This document shows positions 12,586 to 24,900 of a stretch of DNA of 64,000 nucleotides, piece after piece. The translations under genes and the position numbers were made by a program. The notes beneath the pieces are model-generated. The model made no database searches. It worked only from the letters and a program-made list of their open reading frames with translations, and had not been told where the DNA came from. The DNA is from Haliotis rubra (taxonomy: Eukaryota), in contig NW_025765903.1 of the NCBI RefSeq assembly GCF_003918875.1, positions 186,001 to 250,000 of the forward strand. Reading direction: 5' to 3'. Each line of letters starts with the position of its first letter. Positions within the stretch are counted from its first letter, which is position 1.

Positions 12586-15350
12586 GTGAATGGGCAGGGT
12601 ACAATTAGGAACTGATGTAGGCGTGCAGGGTACAGGTAGGAACTGGTGTGAGAGGGCAGGGTACAGGTGGGAACTGGTGTGAGAGGGCAGGGTACAGGTG
12701 GGAACTGATTTGAGAGGGCAGGGTACAGGTAGGAACTGATGTGAGAGGGCAAGGTACAGATAAGAACTGATGTGCGAGGGCAGGGTACAGATGGGAACTG
12801 AAGAGAGGGAGGGCAAGGTACAGGTAGGGAACTGATGTGATGAGAGGGCAAGGTACAGGTAGGAACTGATGTGAGAGGCAAGGTACAGGTAGGGAACTGA
12901 TGTGAGAGGGCAGGGGTACAGGTAGGAACAGGTGTGAGAGGACAAGGTACAGGTAGGAACTGATGTGAGAGGACAAGGTACAGGTAGGAACAGGTGTGAG
13001 GAGGGACAAGGTACAGGTAGGAACTGATGTGAGAGGGCAGGGGGTACAGGTAGGAACTGATGTGAGAGGGCAGGGTACAGGTAGGAACTGATGTGAGAGG
13101 GGCAAGGTACAGGTAGGAACAGGTGTGAGAGGGCAGGGTACAGGTAGGAACTGATGTGAGAGGGACAAGGTACAGGTAGGAACTGATGTAAGAGGGCAGG
13201 GTACAGGTAGGAACTGATGTGAGAGGGCAAGGTACAGATAGGAACTGATGTGTGAGAGGGCAGGGTACAGGTAGGAACAGGTGTGAGAGGACAAGGTACA
13301 GGTAGGAACTGATGTGAGAGGACAAGGTACAGGTAGGAACAGGTGTGAGAGGGCAGGGTACAGGTAGGAACTGATGTGAGAGGGCAGGGTACAGGTAGGA
13401 ACTGATGTGAGAGGGCAGGGTACAGGTAGGAACAGGTGTGAGGAGGGACAAAGGTACAGGTAGGAACTGATGTGAGAGGGACAAGGGTACAGGTAGGAAC
13501 AGGTGTGAGAGGACAAGGTACAGGTAGGAACTGATGTGAGAGGGCAGGGTACAGGTAGGAACTGATGTGAGAGGGCAAGGTACAGATAGGAACTGATGTG
13601 AGAGGGCAGGGTACAGGTAGGAACTGGTGTGAGAGGGACAACAGGGTACAGGTAGGAACAGGTGTGAGAGGGCAGGGTACAGGTAGGAACTGATGTAAGA
13701 GGGACAAGGTACAGGTAGGAACTGATGTAAGAGGGCAGGGGTACAGGTAGGAACTGATGTGAGGGAGGGCAAGGTACAGATAAGAACTGATGTGAGAGGG
13801 CAGGGTACAGGTAGGAACAGGTGTGAGAGGACAAGGTACAGGTAGGAACTGATGTGAGAGAGGACAAGGTACAGGTAGGAACAGGTGTGAGAGGACAAAG
13901 GCACAGGTAGGAACTGATGTGAGAGGGCAGGGGTACAGGTAGGAACTGATGTGAGAGGGCAGAGGTACAGGTAGGAACAGGTGTGAGAGGGACAAGGTAC
14001 AGGTAGGAACTGATGTGAGAGGACAAGGTACAGGTAGGAACAGGTGTGAGAGAGGACAAAGGTACAGGTAGGAACTGATGTGAGAGGGCAGGGTACAGGT
14101 AGGAACTGATGTGAGAGGGCAGGGTACAGGTAGGAACTGATGTGAGAGGACAGGGGTACAGGTAGGAACTGATGTGAGAAGGGCAAGGTACAGGTAGGAA
14201 CTGATGTGAGAGGGCAAGGTACAGGTAGGAACTGATGTGAGAGGGCAAGGTACAGGTAGGAACAGGTGTGAGGGGCAGGGTACAGGTAGGAACTGATGTG
14301 AGAGGGCAAGGTACAGGTAGGAACTGATGTGAGAGGGGCAGGGTACAGGTAGGAACTGATGTGAGAGAGGACAAGGTACAGGTAGGAACTGATGTGAGAG
14401 GGCAGGGTACAGGTAGGAACTGATGTGAGAGGGCAGGGTACAGAGTAGGAACAGGTGTGAGAGAGGGCAGGGGTACAGGTAGGAACAGGTGTGAGAGGGC
14501 AGAGTACAGGTAGGAACTGATGTGAGAGGGCAAGGTACAGCTAGGAACAGAGGGGTGAGAGGAGGGCAAGGTACAGGTAGGAACAGGTGTGAGAGAGGGC
14601 AGGGTACAGGTAGGAACAGGTGTGAGAGGGGCAGGGTACAGGTAGGAACTGATGTGAGGGAGGGCAGGGTACAGGTAGGAACTGATGTGAGAGGGCAGGG
14701 TACAGGTAGGAACTGATGTGAGAGGGCAAGGTACAGGTAGGAACTGATGTGAGGGCAGGGTACAGGTAGGAACAGGTGTGAGAGGGGCAGGGTACAGGTA
14801 GGAACTGATGTGAGAGGGGCAGGGTACAGGTAGGAACTGATGTGAGAGGGGGGGGGTACAGGTAGGAACAGGATGTGAGAGGGCAGGGTACAGGTAGGAA
14901 CTGATGTGAGAGGGCAGGGTACAGGTAGGAACTGATGTGAGAGGGCAGGGTACAGGTAGGAACTGATGTGAGGGAGGGCAGAGGTACAGGTAGGAACTGA
15001 TGTGAGAGGGCAGGGTACAGGTAGGAACTGATGTGAGAGGGCAGGGTACAGGTAGGAACTGATGTGAGAGGGCAGGGCAGGGTACAGGCAGGAACTGATG
15101 TGAGAGGGCAGGGTACAGGTAGGAACTGATGTGAGAGGGCAGGGTACAGGTAGGAACTGATGTGAGAGGGCAAGGTACAGATAGGAACTGATCTGAGAGG
15201 GCAGGGTACAGGTAGGAACAGGTGTGAGAGTGCAGGGTACAGGTAGGAACTGATGTGAGAGGGCAGTGTACAGGTAGGAACTGATGTGAGTGAACAAGGT
15301 ACAGGTAGGAACTGATGACGGGGGAAGTATACAGGTAGAAACTAATCAGA
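12586..15350. repeat. About 2.8-kb G-rich minisatellite, 31-bp unit GAGAGGGCAGGGTACAGGTAGGAACTGATGT (roughly 85-90 copies)
   Basis: Directly visible; two interspersed variants (AACTGATGT and AACAGGTGT). Confidence 0.97.
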
Positions 15351-17094
15351 TGGGTTACATACATGTGGGAGGTGATGAAACATTTGGGAGATCCACAGGT
15401 ACATTAGATTAGACGATGTGGTCACATACTACAGTGAGATCGGTAGGTAGAAAAACCTATAATCAACGTTGTGATGTTCATTTACTGCCTCAGCAGCTGC
15501 TGCTATGTAACACAGGTGTCATAAATCTCTACTCTCCCAAATCATTGCACAAATCGCACCTGTTATCAGGTGTTCACTGTGTCACGGTAACCCGTCCACA
15601 CTGGGCCACGGGATTGATGGAGATCCGAGGTGCCGGTGAAGCCGATCAGGATGGAGGTGGTGGAAACAACTGGCTGCGTTGTGTCGTGACCGAGTCCAGA
15701 CCACCTGTTGAAAGACAGACATGTGTTGGGGCAGGTCTTGTCAGCCACCATGTGTGACATTATATCTTGGGCATTTTTCAATAAATTAATTTACCTGTTA
15801 CTCACTCAGCCTTACAAGAATACACCAGTAGAGAGTGAGTTTGTTTTGTTTTTGTTGCTGTTTTCTGTTGCATATTTGTTTGTTTTGTTGTTGTTTTGTT
15901 TTTTGTTGTTTTTTGTTTTGTGGGGTGGGTGGGACAATATTACAGCAATATCGGTGCAAAAGTCCTAGGGGCAGATATGCAAACACACCTAGACCGAGCT
16001 AGACACGCAGTGACTGAGACAGACGGAAAGTCAGTGAGAGGCAAGTACATCGACAGCGGCCGGAAGTGACAGATAGCGACACACAGAAACAGACAGATAC
16101 AGACGGACAGACAGACATCAGAGATCTGCCGAGGCAAAGACAGACAGTGGCGATGACTGATTAACACATAGAGAATCAGAGGCAGAGATAGAAACAGAGA
16201 GAAGGTTTGAATGGGATTGCTCCAAGCACACCTGGTTCTACGCATAGTGTAGACCTATGTCCTGTACTGAGACCGTATACCGATAATTGGTCTCTGGTAG
16301 AACTAGAGAAATACAGCAGGGGCAAACTAACCTAACTACGAAGTTTGAGGTTGTGCAGGTTAGGCCATTCGTATTTGCATGCGTATTTTTCATCTCCTAC
16401 CTAAAACGGAAAGAGACCGATCGGGCGAAAGAAATTCATAAAAATATATTCGAAAAAAATATTTTTCACTAATCGTATAAGTTATTTCATAAAATTTGTT
16501 AATTTTAGATCGCTTCAAAATTGTCTTTAAATTAATTCATGATCTAGATCAAGTAGCTTTGCTTTTAATAAATGTTGATACAGGAAAATCAGGTTGACCT
16601 TGGTTTATTAATGAGTGGACACAGATACGAGTATTTCTTCACATCAGGGCACACATTTCCAAACTTGACATAAAAAGAGCAAATGAGAACGATTTACACT
16701 TCTCACAGACATCAGGTTTGCGTGGACGGCTATTCATTGTCGTTTCCCCCTGACGCAAACAGCTGCAGAATGGTATCGACCAATAACACAAAACATGTAA
16801 TACATTGTGGCAGTAATATACATGTATATACTGCTATAGTGATAAATTGTACTCATTTGTATTAAGTAGTGGCCTCAGTTAAATTTTGAATACAATTGTT
16901 ATAGCACAGTTTGTTGTTTGTTGGTTGGTTTCAACTTTGGAATCAACACGTAACAACATCACCATGTACATTTCCACATATTGCAATAAGCGAATGAATA
17001 TTTATGGACAAAAAAAACAACATGATTTATATATATGCTTTTAACGTTAAATAAATTCAGTGAAAACTGCATATCAAATACACAGTGTCATATT

Positions 17095-17444
17095 GGGTGG
17101 TCGTGGTGGAATTGGGTTTAACGTCGTGCTTGAGAATATTTCGCTCACATGACGACGTGCATGCGTGTGTTTGTGTATGTGCGGCTGCTTGTACTAGCCC
17201 AGACTGAAGCTGGTTTTATAGTGCTAGCCCACTGAGATACCATGCCGCAGTGAAGCATGAATACCCCACTCAGACACATTATACTGACTCCGAGCAGACC
17301 AGTCCTTGTTGTAGCCATTAATGCCGAGCGCCAGGCAGGGACCAACAAGTACCATATTTTAACGCCTTTTGGTATGACGCGGTCGGGGATCGAACTTTCC
17401 GCACTCCGGGCGGACGCTCTAACCACTACAACACGGAGGCGGTC
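17095..17444 (-). mobile_element. tRNA-derived SINE family C (about 340 bp, Meta/MESC-domain-like body)
   Basis: tRNA head, body GTCATACCAAAAG(G/A)CGTTAAAATATGGTACTTG, TSD GTGTCATATT (17085-17094 and 17445-17454). Domain name is from recollection. Confidence 0.85.
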
Positions 17445-17834
17445 GTGTCATATTAGGTGATGGTTCTACATAAATAATGACCGCCATAGTGACTTGGACA
17501 ACAGAAGCCGCACCTGGGTTCTGCGCTGAAATATGCACGTATTGTGTGTTATGCCTGCGCTGTGCGGGGTATCTTTCTGCTTGTCAATGCATATTCAAAT
17601 TGTAGAATGGAATAACCGATGAACTGTCTCAATCAAAATCTATGTAGGACGTGGCAGTGTCTGTTATAATTCACACCTGAAGATACTGCAAATTGATGAG
17701 AGAGAAAACGCAGAGAGTAGATGTGTGTATGTGTGCGTCTGTGTGTGGGTCTATGCCAATATCTGTTCTGTCTATGTGTGCTTGTATGTGTCTGCAAATC
17801 TAGACAAGCCAAACCAAGCGCCTTGTTCAACGTA

Positions 17835-18250
17835 AATTATCCAGCCTCATGTAAGAATGTCGAGTTTTGATTGGTTCACGTGACTCTGATAAAATACCAT
17901 GTACACCCGTCACGATCCGCGAGCAGGGAGTACAAAAGTCATATTATCCCGCCACGCCTCGGTGACCACGCGAAGTGAGAAAAGCGTGCATCGCCAAGCC
18001 TTTAGTAATGTGCGCTGCATTGAGGTCAATCGATCAGCTGGTGTCAACATGGCAAGGAAACGTTTTGCCACAACAACTGAGAATTTTCTTTTCTTTTCTT
18101 TTCATTAAGTAAAAACATTCGGCTAGATAAATGCATTATCACATCGTGTCTCGGGAAATACGGGGTTTTAACAGTCCCGAGTAAGGTTGTATTCCCCGAG
18201 CCGGGACTGATAAAACCCGGTATTTCCCGAGACACGATAAGATAACTTAT
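17835..18250. mobile_element. Probable MITE-like dispersed repeat
   Basis: AATTATCC...GGATAA termini and internal inverted repeat ATCGTGTCTCGGGAAATAC / GTATTTCCCGAGACACGAT. Confidence 0.5.
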
Positions 18251-18801
18251 AGTATTACCTCGTGATCTAAATTTTACAATTAATAATTTCCTATTTATTA
18301 GTAAAATATCTCCTGTTCATTGTATTTTAAAATACGTTACACAAATGGCGGTTTTATGTTTTTGTTTTTTTTCCGAGGTTGGAGATGAGAAACACATTAA
18401 AAAATACAGATGGGCTATCATCTGCTTGTAACAGAAGATATAATTCTGTATTTCCAATGTTGAACGATGTTACCAGTGGGTTGCTAAATTGGATTAGCTA
18501 AATGTGCTTGAGGTTTCAAATGTTAACTTCATCACTGTCAAATCAATTTGAACATGTCTTAAAGGGCAAGATAGTGCACAATTTCCAGGTCGAAGTCCAG
18601 ACACGGTCATTCCAAGCCGTCATGTGTGAAACTGAGTCAATATCACTGTATTAACAGGTTCATCATATGACGAACTTATGTGTCACTCGACAAATAATAT
18701 GAGCTTTGGGGCTGAACTGAATTTGCCAGGACTGTCAACCTTGGAACTTGTTCTAAGTATAGCTGGATGTCTTGGACAGTATGACAGAAACAGGTATTGT
18801 T

Positions 18802-18950
18802 CATGCGCGGATCCAGAGGGGGTGCGGGGGTACGCACCCCACCCCCACCCCCAGAGTGTTCCAAATGTACTACATGTTTTATGCCCAGGGTTCCGAGGAT
18901 TGGGGTGCCATCCCCCACCCCCACAAACGAAAATCCTGTATCCGCCCCTG
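18802..18950. mobile_element. Short GC-rich MITE of the CAGGGGCGGATCCAG type
   Basis: CATGCGCGGATCCAG ... CTGTATCCGCCCCTG; related copies at about 34967-35106, 52113 and 54270-54460. Confidence 0.6.
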
Positions 18951-19598
18951 TTGTTGACTCATGTACTTTGCTCGTTTATGTTTGTTTTGTTTCTAGAAGA
19001 TATAAACCTAGATATATGTGATAGTCTTGCTTATTGGCCTAATGTAATTGCTATGTTCTCACGATAACTGTTTAACTGGTATTTTCGAAGCTGGTGAGTA
19101 AATTAGAAAACTTGCAACAACTGAACGGATAGGAACTTCAGTTTTTTTTAAGTTGGCAAGTTGATCTAAATTCTAAACCCGTTATTGGGGCGGTGGGGTA
19201 GCCTAATGGTTAAAGCGTTCGCTCGTCGCGCTGAAGACCCGGGTTTGATTCCCTACATGGGCACAGCATGTGAAGCCTATTTCTGGTGTCGTGATATTGC
19301 AGGAATATTGCTAAAAGCGGCGTAAAACTAAACTCACTCACTAAAACTATTACCAAGATGAAGTGACTAATGATATGTGTGTGTGCGCGCGTGCGTCAAG
19401 TTCACGACCATGCCAGAGACAACCTTTTCGACAGTTGCACCTTAGTCTGTCAAGATAGCTGTAATTTATCCACTTATATGAAAAGTCTTAGCTTTACTTG
19501 ACACGCATGTGTTAATTAACAGTAGCAGCTTTTTGTCACTGTTCGTGCGAATATTTGGTTTGGCATGTTTATACTGTACCTACTCTCTGTATGCATGT

Positions 19599-19934
19599 AT
19601 CCCCGACCGCGTCATACCAAAAGGCGTTAAAATATGGTACTTGTTGGTCCCTGCCTGGCGCTCGGCATTAATGGGTACAACAAGGACTGGTCGGCTCGGA
19701 GTCAGTATAATGTGTCTGAGTGGGGTATCCATGCTTCACTGCGGCATGATATCTCAGTGGGCTAGCACTATAAAACCAGCTTCAGTCTGGGCTAGTACAA
19801 GCAGGCGCACATACACATACACACGCATGCACGTCGTCATGTGAGCGAAATATTCTCAAGCACGACGTTAAACCCAATTTCACCTCACCTCACCTCACCT
19901 CACCTCACCTCACCTCACCTCACCTCACCTCACC
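19599..19934 (+). mobile_element. SINE family C, 5'-truncated, with expanded (CACCT)n tail
   Basis: Near-identical to 17095-17444; flanked by the direct repeat TGTATGCATGT. Confidence 0.85.
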
Positions 19935-21957
19935 TGTATGCATGTGTGTGTGACAGTTGTATCTTGTCAAAAAAAACTGAATCCTTTCTTATGTCTTTTC
20001 CTCAAAGGAGGGCAAGGATTTCCCTGGCTCCTTGTCCCCACAGTAACAGGGATTCAGCAATAAAATATTGAATACAAACAACAAAAAAGAAAAAGATTCA
20101 GTGACACCCAAACGGTTTGGCTTAGCTACTTGTACCTCTAATTCATACAAACAAAATAACATCCAAGTTTTGACTAGGTAATGAATGTAGTTTTTACCAG
20201 GATATTTATTGTAATTTTGGTTGTATTTTATAATGATCTCTGATGCTTTTACCGTCCTTATCTATGAGTTAATTAATTATTGCATTTCAGTTATATACAC
20301 ACCTGAAATCTGACCATCTGTCAATTTTTGCAACAATTTTTGGTCTGTCTGTCATGACTTTGGTGGCTCAAACTTAGGTGAAACCGATCACCAAATAAAT
20401 ACCCGCATCAAAGAACATGAAACTTTAAAAGCCAAAACGGGCATCAAATTAGCTGGTTAAAAGATAACCGAGTTTTGAACAACCGGGCCCAGAACGTCAG
20501 AAGTCATCAGATTCAGTTTGACTAAGTCCAATTCTTCACTAACAAAGTCAGGCTAAGTTTACAACAGTTTCGGCTCAGTCCTTTCGTAACCAACTCGTGT
20601 TATTCCGGGACAAGCCGATTATCTTCTTGGAGGTTACGGAAAGGGGCGAGTGGTGACCAATGTCCACATGGCTACCCGTACAGTTTATCAGAGGTCTCTT
20701 TTTCAGGGTGTTCAATTAACACGAACACCGGTGCAAGCTCCGGACAGTGTTAGACTGGCGCGCTTCACATCTATTCACATGTGCTTCCTTGATAACATTA
20801 TTAACAGCGAGGTGGTGAGTTGACAGAAAGCTTCACGTGTAAACACACGAAAAGTGTTTGCGAGAGAGTGTTTAACACACTTAGAAATGTACCCGATGTG
20901 AAATATTCCGCGAAGTCTGCGAAGGTATGAATATAAATGGAAACTCAATAAACCACCTTGACATGGGTGCAAAATTTGTAAAATTAGACGGCATATGAGG
21001 CATGTTACTGGATGAAATGCAGTGATGTACTGTACTGTAATGTAACCGTACTGAGAAGGCCCAGTGCTTTTGTGTGTAGACTTTGGAGATCCACTCTAAT
21101 TTGGCTGCTCCCACATAACCAGGCCAGTATACATCGGATAGTCTCTGATATATAAAGGTATAAATATCACCAGTTAGTCAGGTCCACTATTCGACTAGAC
21201 TATAGCAGAGACCATATAATATGGTCTCTGACTATAGAGACAATCTGACAGGGCAAGTCTTTTTCTCCTAAAATCTCCTTAAGGGACCAGTGATAATTAA
21301 TGTGCGTGCGTGCGAATGTGTGTGATGATTTTAGAGGGGGGTCACCCATTTTGTTCTGGGGAGGTAGTGGGGGTCAGCAATTTTGTACTTAAAAATATTA
21401 AGATATTATGCTTACAAATTATGGGGGGTGTCATTGATTTTGTACATGGCATGCAGGGGGTTCACTTACTTTGTACATAACGTTTAGTGGGGATCATTCA
21501 CATTGTACATGCTTCTCCATAAAATCATCAGCACCCTCCCCTAGCCATAACTTATGAACAGTCTCAAAACTCAGTCAGTGTTGATGGCTCGAATGCAATG
21601 CTGAGTAAATGTTTTCACTGTTGTCAATATGAACTAAAAATGTGTTGATTTGAAAGTGTTACACATTTTATATTTGGGGTTACACTTTCTCAGTAAAGTA
21701 CAGAATCTTTTATTCTTTTGTCAGGTTGAGTCCCATCTGGATTTGAACACACACAGTGGGTAAGATCAATTAAAAGAGGACTGACATTGGATATCACTTG
21801 TATCTGCATTGAGATATTGCACTGAAAGACCAAAAACGAAAATCAGTTGAAGTCTCCATTTGGTAATAGGTTTGATGTGGATGAACAATTTGTTTCTGCT
21901 GAACAATATTCTGAAATGTTTGTATCAGGTAGAGAGGGAGATCGCTAGCTGGTTGCC

Positions 21958-24900
21958 ATGGAGCTTGGTCTTGCTCTGGAGGATGAGGATCTGGGGGAAA
22001 CTCGAGATCGGAGTAATGTCCCGAAACTCACATCATTCAACGCTAAAGTGTGTTTTCCACTGGTCAGTACCTTGACAGCACTGCAGGGTCAAGTATTTGT
22101 GTCCTTTGTCCAACTAACTTTGTTGAACATTTAAATACCTGATAAAACTCTTAGTTACTCAGAAACCATCCACAGGCATATCCAGAGGGGGGAGCACAGG
22201 TGACAGTACACCTGATGTAACCTTTCAGTCTATGGTTTGGCTGCCACATCCCCACCAGGAGAGCGCCGGAAGGTCGGTTCGATCCAGCGTCATACCAAAA
22301 GACGTTAAAATATGGTACTTGTTAATCCCTGCCTGGCGCTCGGCTTTAATGGGTACAACAAGGACGGGTCGGCTCGGAGTCAGTATAATGTGTCAGAGTG
22401 GGGTATTCATGCTTCACTGCGGCATGATATCTCAGTTGGCTAGCACTATAAAACCAGCTTCAGTCTGGGCTAGTACAAGCAGCCACACATACACACGCAT
22501 GCACGTCGTCATATGAGTGAAATATTCTCAAGTACGACGTTAAACCCAATTTCACCTCACCTCACCTGTTATTGCCAGGCTTCCATGATATTGAAAAATT
22601 CTCATTAAATTTGGACCGTTTACTCCGTTATGAACACCCCTTTAGAAATCACATCAGGTGAACCGCAAGAAAACAAAGACTGATAGCCCAGTCTGAATGA
22701 AGCATGATTTGTTTCTTGATCCAATCAGATACCAATTTACTAAATCATTTTTATCCCACCGGCATGTAATGCGGTGGGATATAGTCGTCGCCTCGTCCGT
22801 CTGTCCGTCCGTCCGTCCGTCCATCCGTAATCATTTTGTTTCCGGAGCATAACTCAAAGACCGTTCGATATTTTTCATCCAAAATTGGTAGATATGTCAA
22901 ACATAACCTAAAGTGGTGCCTTTTGCTATTTACAGATTATTGTCATTTTTATTTTCTCGGTTTCCATGGAAACGTTTTGGACTTAGTCTTAAAGAAGGGT
23001 GGGCTTCGCTTTCGAGCATAACTCAAGAACCGTTCAATATTTTCAACAAACTTGGTAGATATATCAAACAGATCCTTAAGTGGTGCCTTTTGCTATTTAC
23101 AGATGTTTGGCATTTTTATTTTTCCGGTTTCCATGGAAACGATTCAGACTTAGTCCCAAAAGTGAGGGGTGGGCTTCGTTTCCGGAGCATAACTCAAGAA
23201 CCGTTCAATATTTTTCAACAAAACTTTGTAGATATATCAAACAGATCCTAAAGTGGTGCCTTTTGCTATTTGCAGATTTTTGGCATTTTTATTTTTCCTG
23301 GTTTCCATGGAAACATTTTTGGACTTAGTCTCAAAAGTAAGGATTGCTTTCGTTTTCCGAGCATAACTCCAAGAACCGTTTGATATTTTTCAACAAAACT
23401 TGGTAGATATATCAAACAGATCCTAAAGTGGTGCCTTTTGCTATTTGCAGATTTTTGGCATTTTTATTTTTCCTGGTTTCCATGGAAACGATTCAGACTT
23501 AGTCCCAAAAGTGAGGGGTGGGCTTCGTTTCCGGAGCACAACTCGAAAACTTCTCTATATCTTTCAGCAAAACTTGGCAGATATGTGAGGCAGATCTTGA
23601 AGTGGTGCCTTTTGCTATTTGCAGATATTTGTGATTTATTATTTTCTCTGTTTCCACGGAAATGATTCAGACTTATTCTCAAAAGGAAGGGGTGGGTTTC
23701 ACGTTTCGAGAGCATAACTCAAGAACCAGTTAAATATTTTTCAACAAGACTTGGTAGATATATCAATCAGATCCTAAAGTGGTGCCTTTTGCTATTTACA
23801 GATTTTTGGCATTTTTACTTTTCCCTGGTTTCCATGGAAACGATTCGACTTAGTCTCAAAAGTGAGGGGTGGGCTTCATTTCGAGAGCATAACTCAAGAA
23901 CCGCTTCAATATTTTCAACAGAACTTGGTAGATGTATGAAACAGAACCTTAAGTGGTGCCTTTTGCTATTTGCCGATTTTTGGCATTTTTATTTTCCTGG
24001 TTTCCATGGAAACATTTTGGACTTAGTCTCAAAAGTAATCATTGCTTTCGTTTCGGAGCACAACTCAAAAACCATTATAATATTTTCAACAAAACTTGGT
24101 AGATATATCAATCAGATCCAAAAAAGTGGTGCCTTTTGCTATTTGCAGATATTTGTGATTTATTATTTTCTCAGTTTCCATGGAAACAATTTGGACTTAG
24201 TCTCAAAAGGGAGGGGTAGGTTTTGTTTCCGGAGCACAACGCGAAAACTTCTTAATATCTTTCAGCAAAACTTAGCAGATATGTGAGGCAGATCCTAAAG
24301 TGGTGCCTTTTGCTATTTGCAGATTTTTGTCATTTATTTTTTTCATGATTTCCATGGAAACGATTTGCACTTAGTCTAAAATCAAGCTAGACTTTAAGTA
24401 ACTGTCAGATGATTTGTTCTTTCAAAGGTGTGGGGGCCGGGGGGATATGTCATCTTCTGATGACTCTTGTTTCCTTCATTCTTTACCACTTCAATTTGGA
24501 AATTTGGATCTTAAACAAAACAGCCACAGAACACAAATGTACCCTCAATAGTACACACATTTGTTTCTGATGGCTAATTTGAGATACAGAAATCAGATCT
24601 GTTCCTCTCACATTCCAAAAGCATTTAAAGGCATTTACACTGATTGGCTGATTACCTAACCGAAACATCTGTGTATGTTATCATGTCTTCAGTTAGAAGG
24701 GTATTGTCTGAAAATAGATCATGATTTACTGAGATTGTGGCAGTGCTTGATAGGAACCTGTTCCTTCTGAGTACCCTCAGGTTGTTTGAGATGGAATCTT
24801 TCATGAGGTAACCATGGTGGCCATATTGACTGATGATTCACATTTCAGTGGTTTGAGACCGAGCTGGACCTGACAGATGACCGTGTGTCCGATAGCAACT

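Larger units (their letters stand above)
7058..15704 (-). other. Possible uncharacterised spliced gene, pseudogene or lncRNA
   Basis: Exon-like segments with AG/GT borders: 15704-15560 (stops in all frames), 11849-11762 (IQTLKVMLSRPALRPHYSDLRVTDRRGGQ), 10339-10233 (WTHFGDPVHSYKVMSRASQNVFVHNAGSILPRANK), 7163-7058 (DTKVGGKSRTPKTYCGYLLLMANIPTESTIAGCRY). No family recognised and no complete ORF assembled. Confidence 0.25.

Noticed and set aside
12556-15364. 913-, 575- and 919-aa ORFs on the minus strand
   Set aside because: All three frames cycle through the same peptides from a 31-bp minisatellite with frequent indels; no frame is preserved, so these are not genes.
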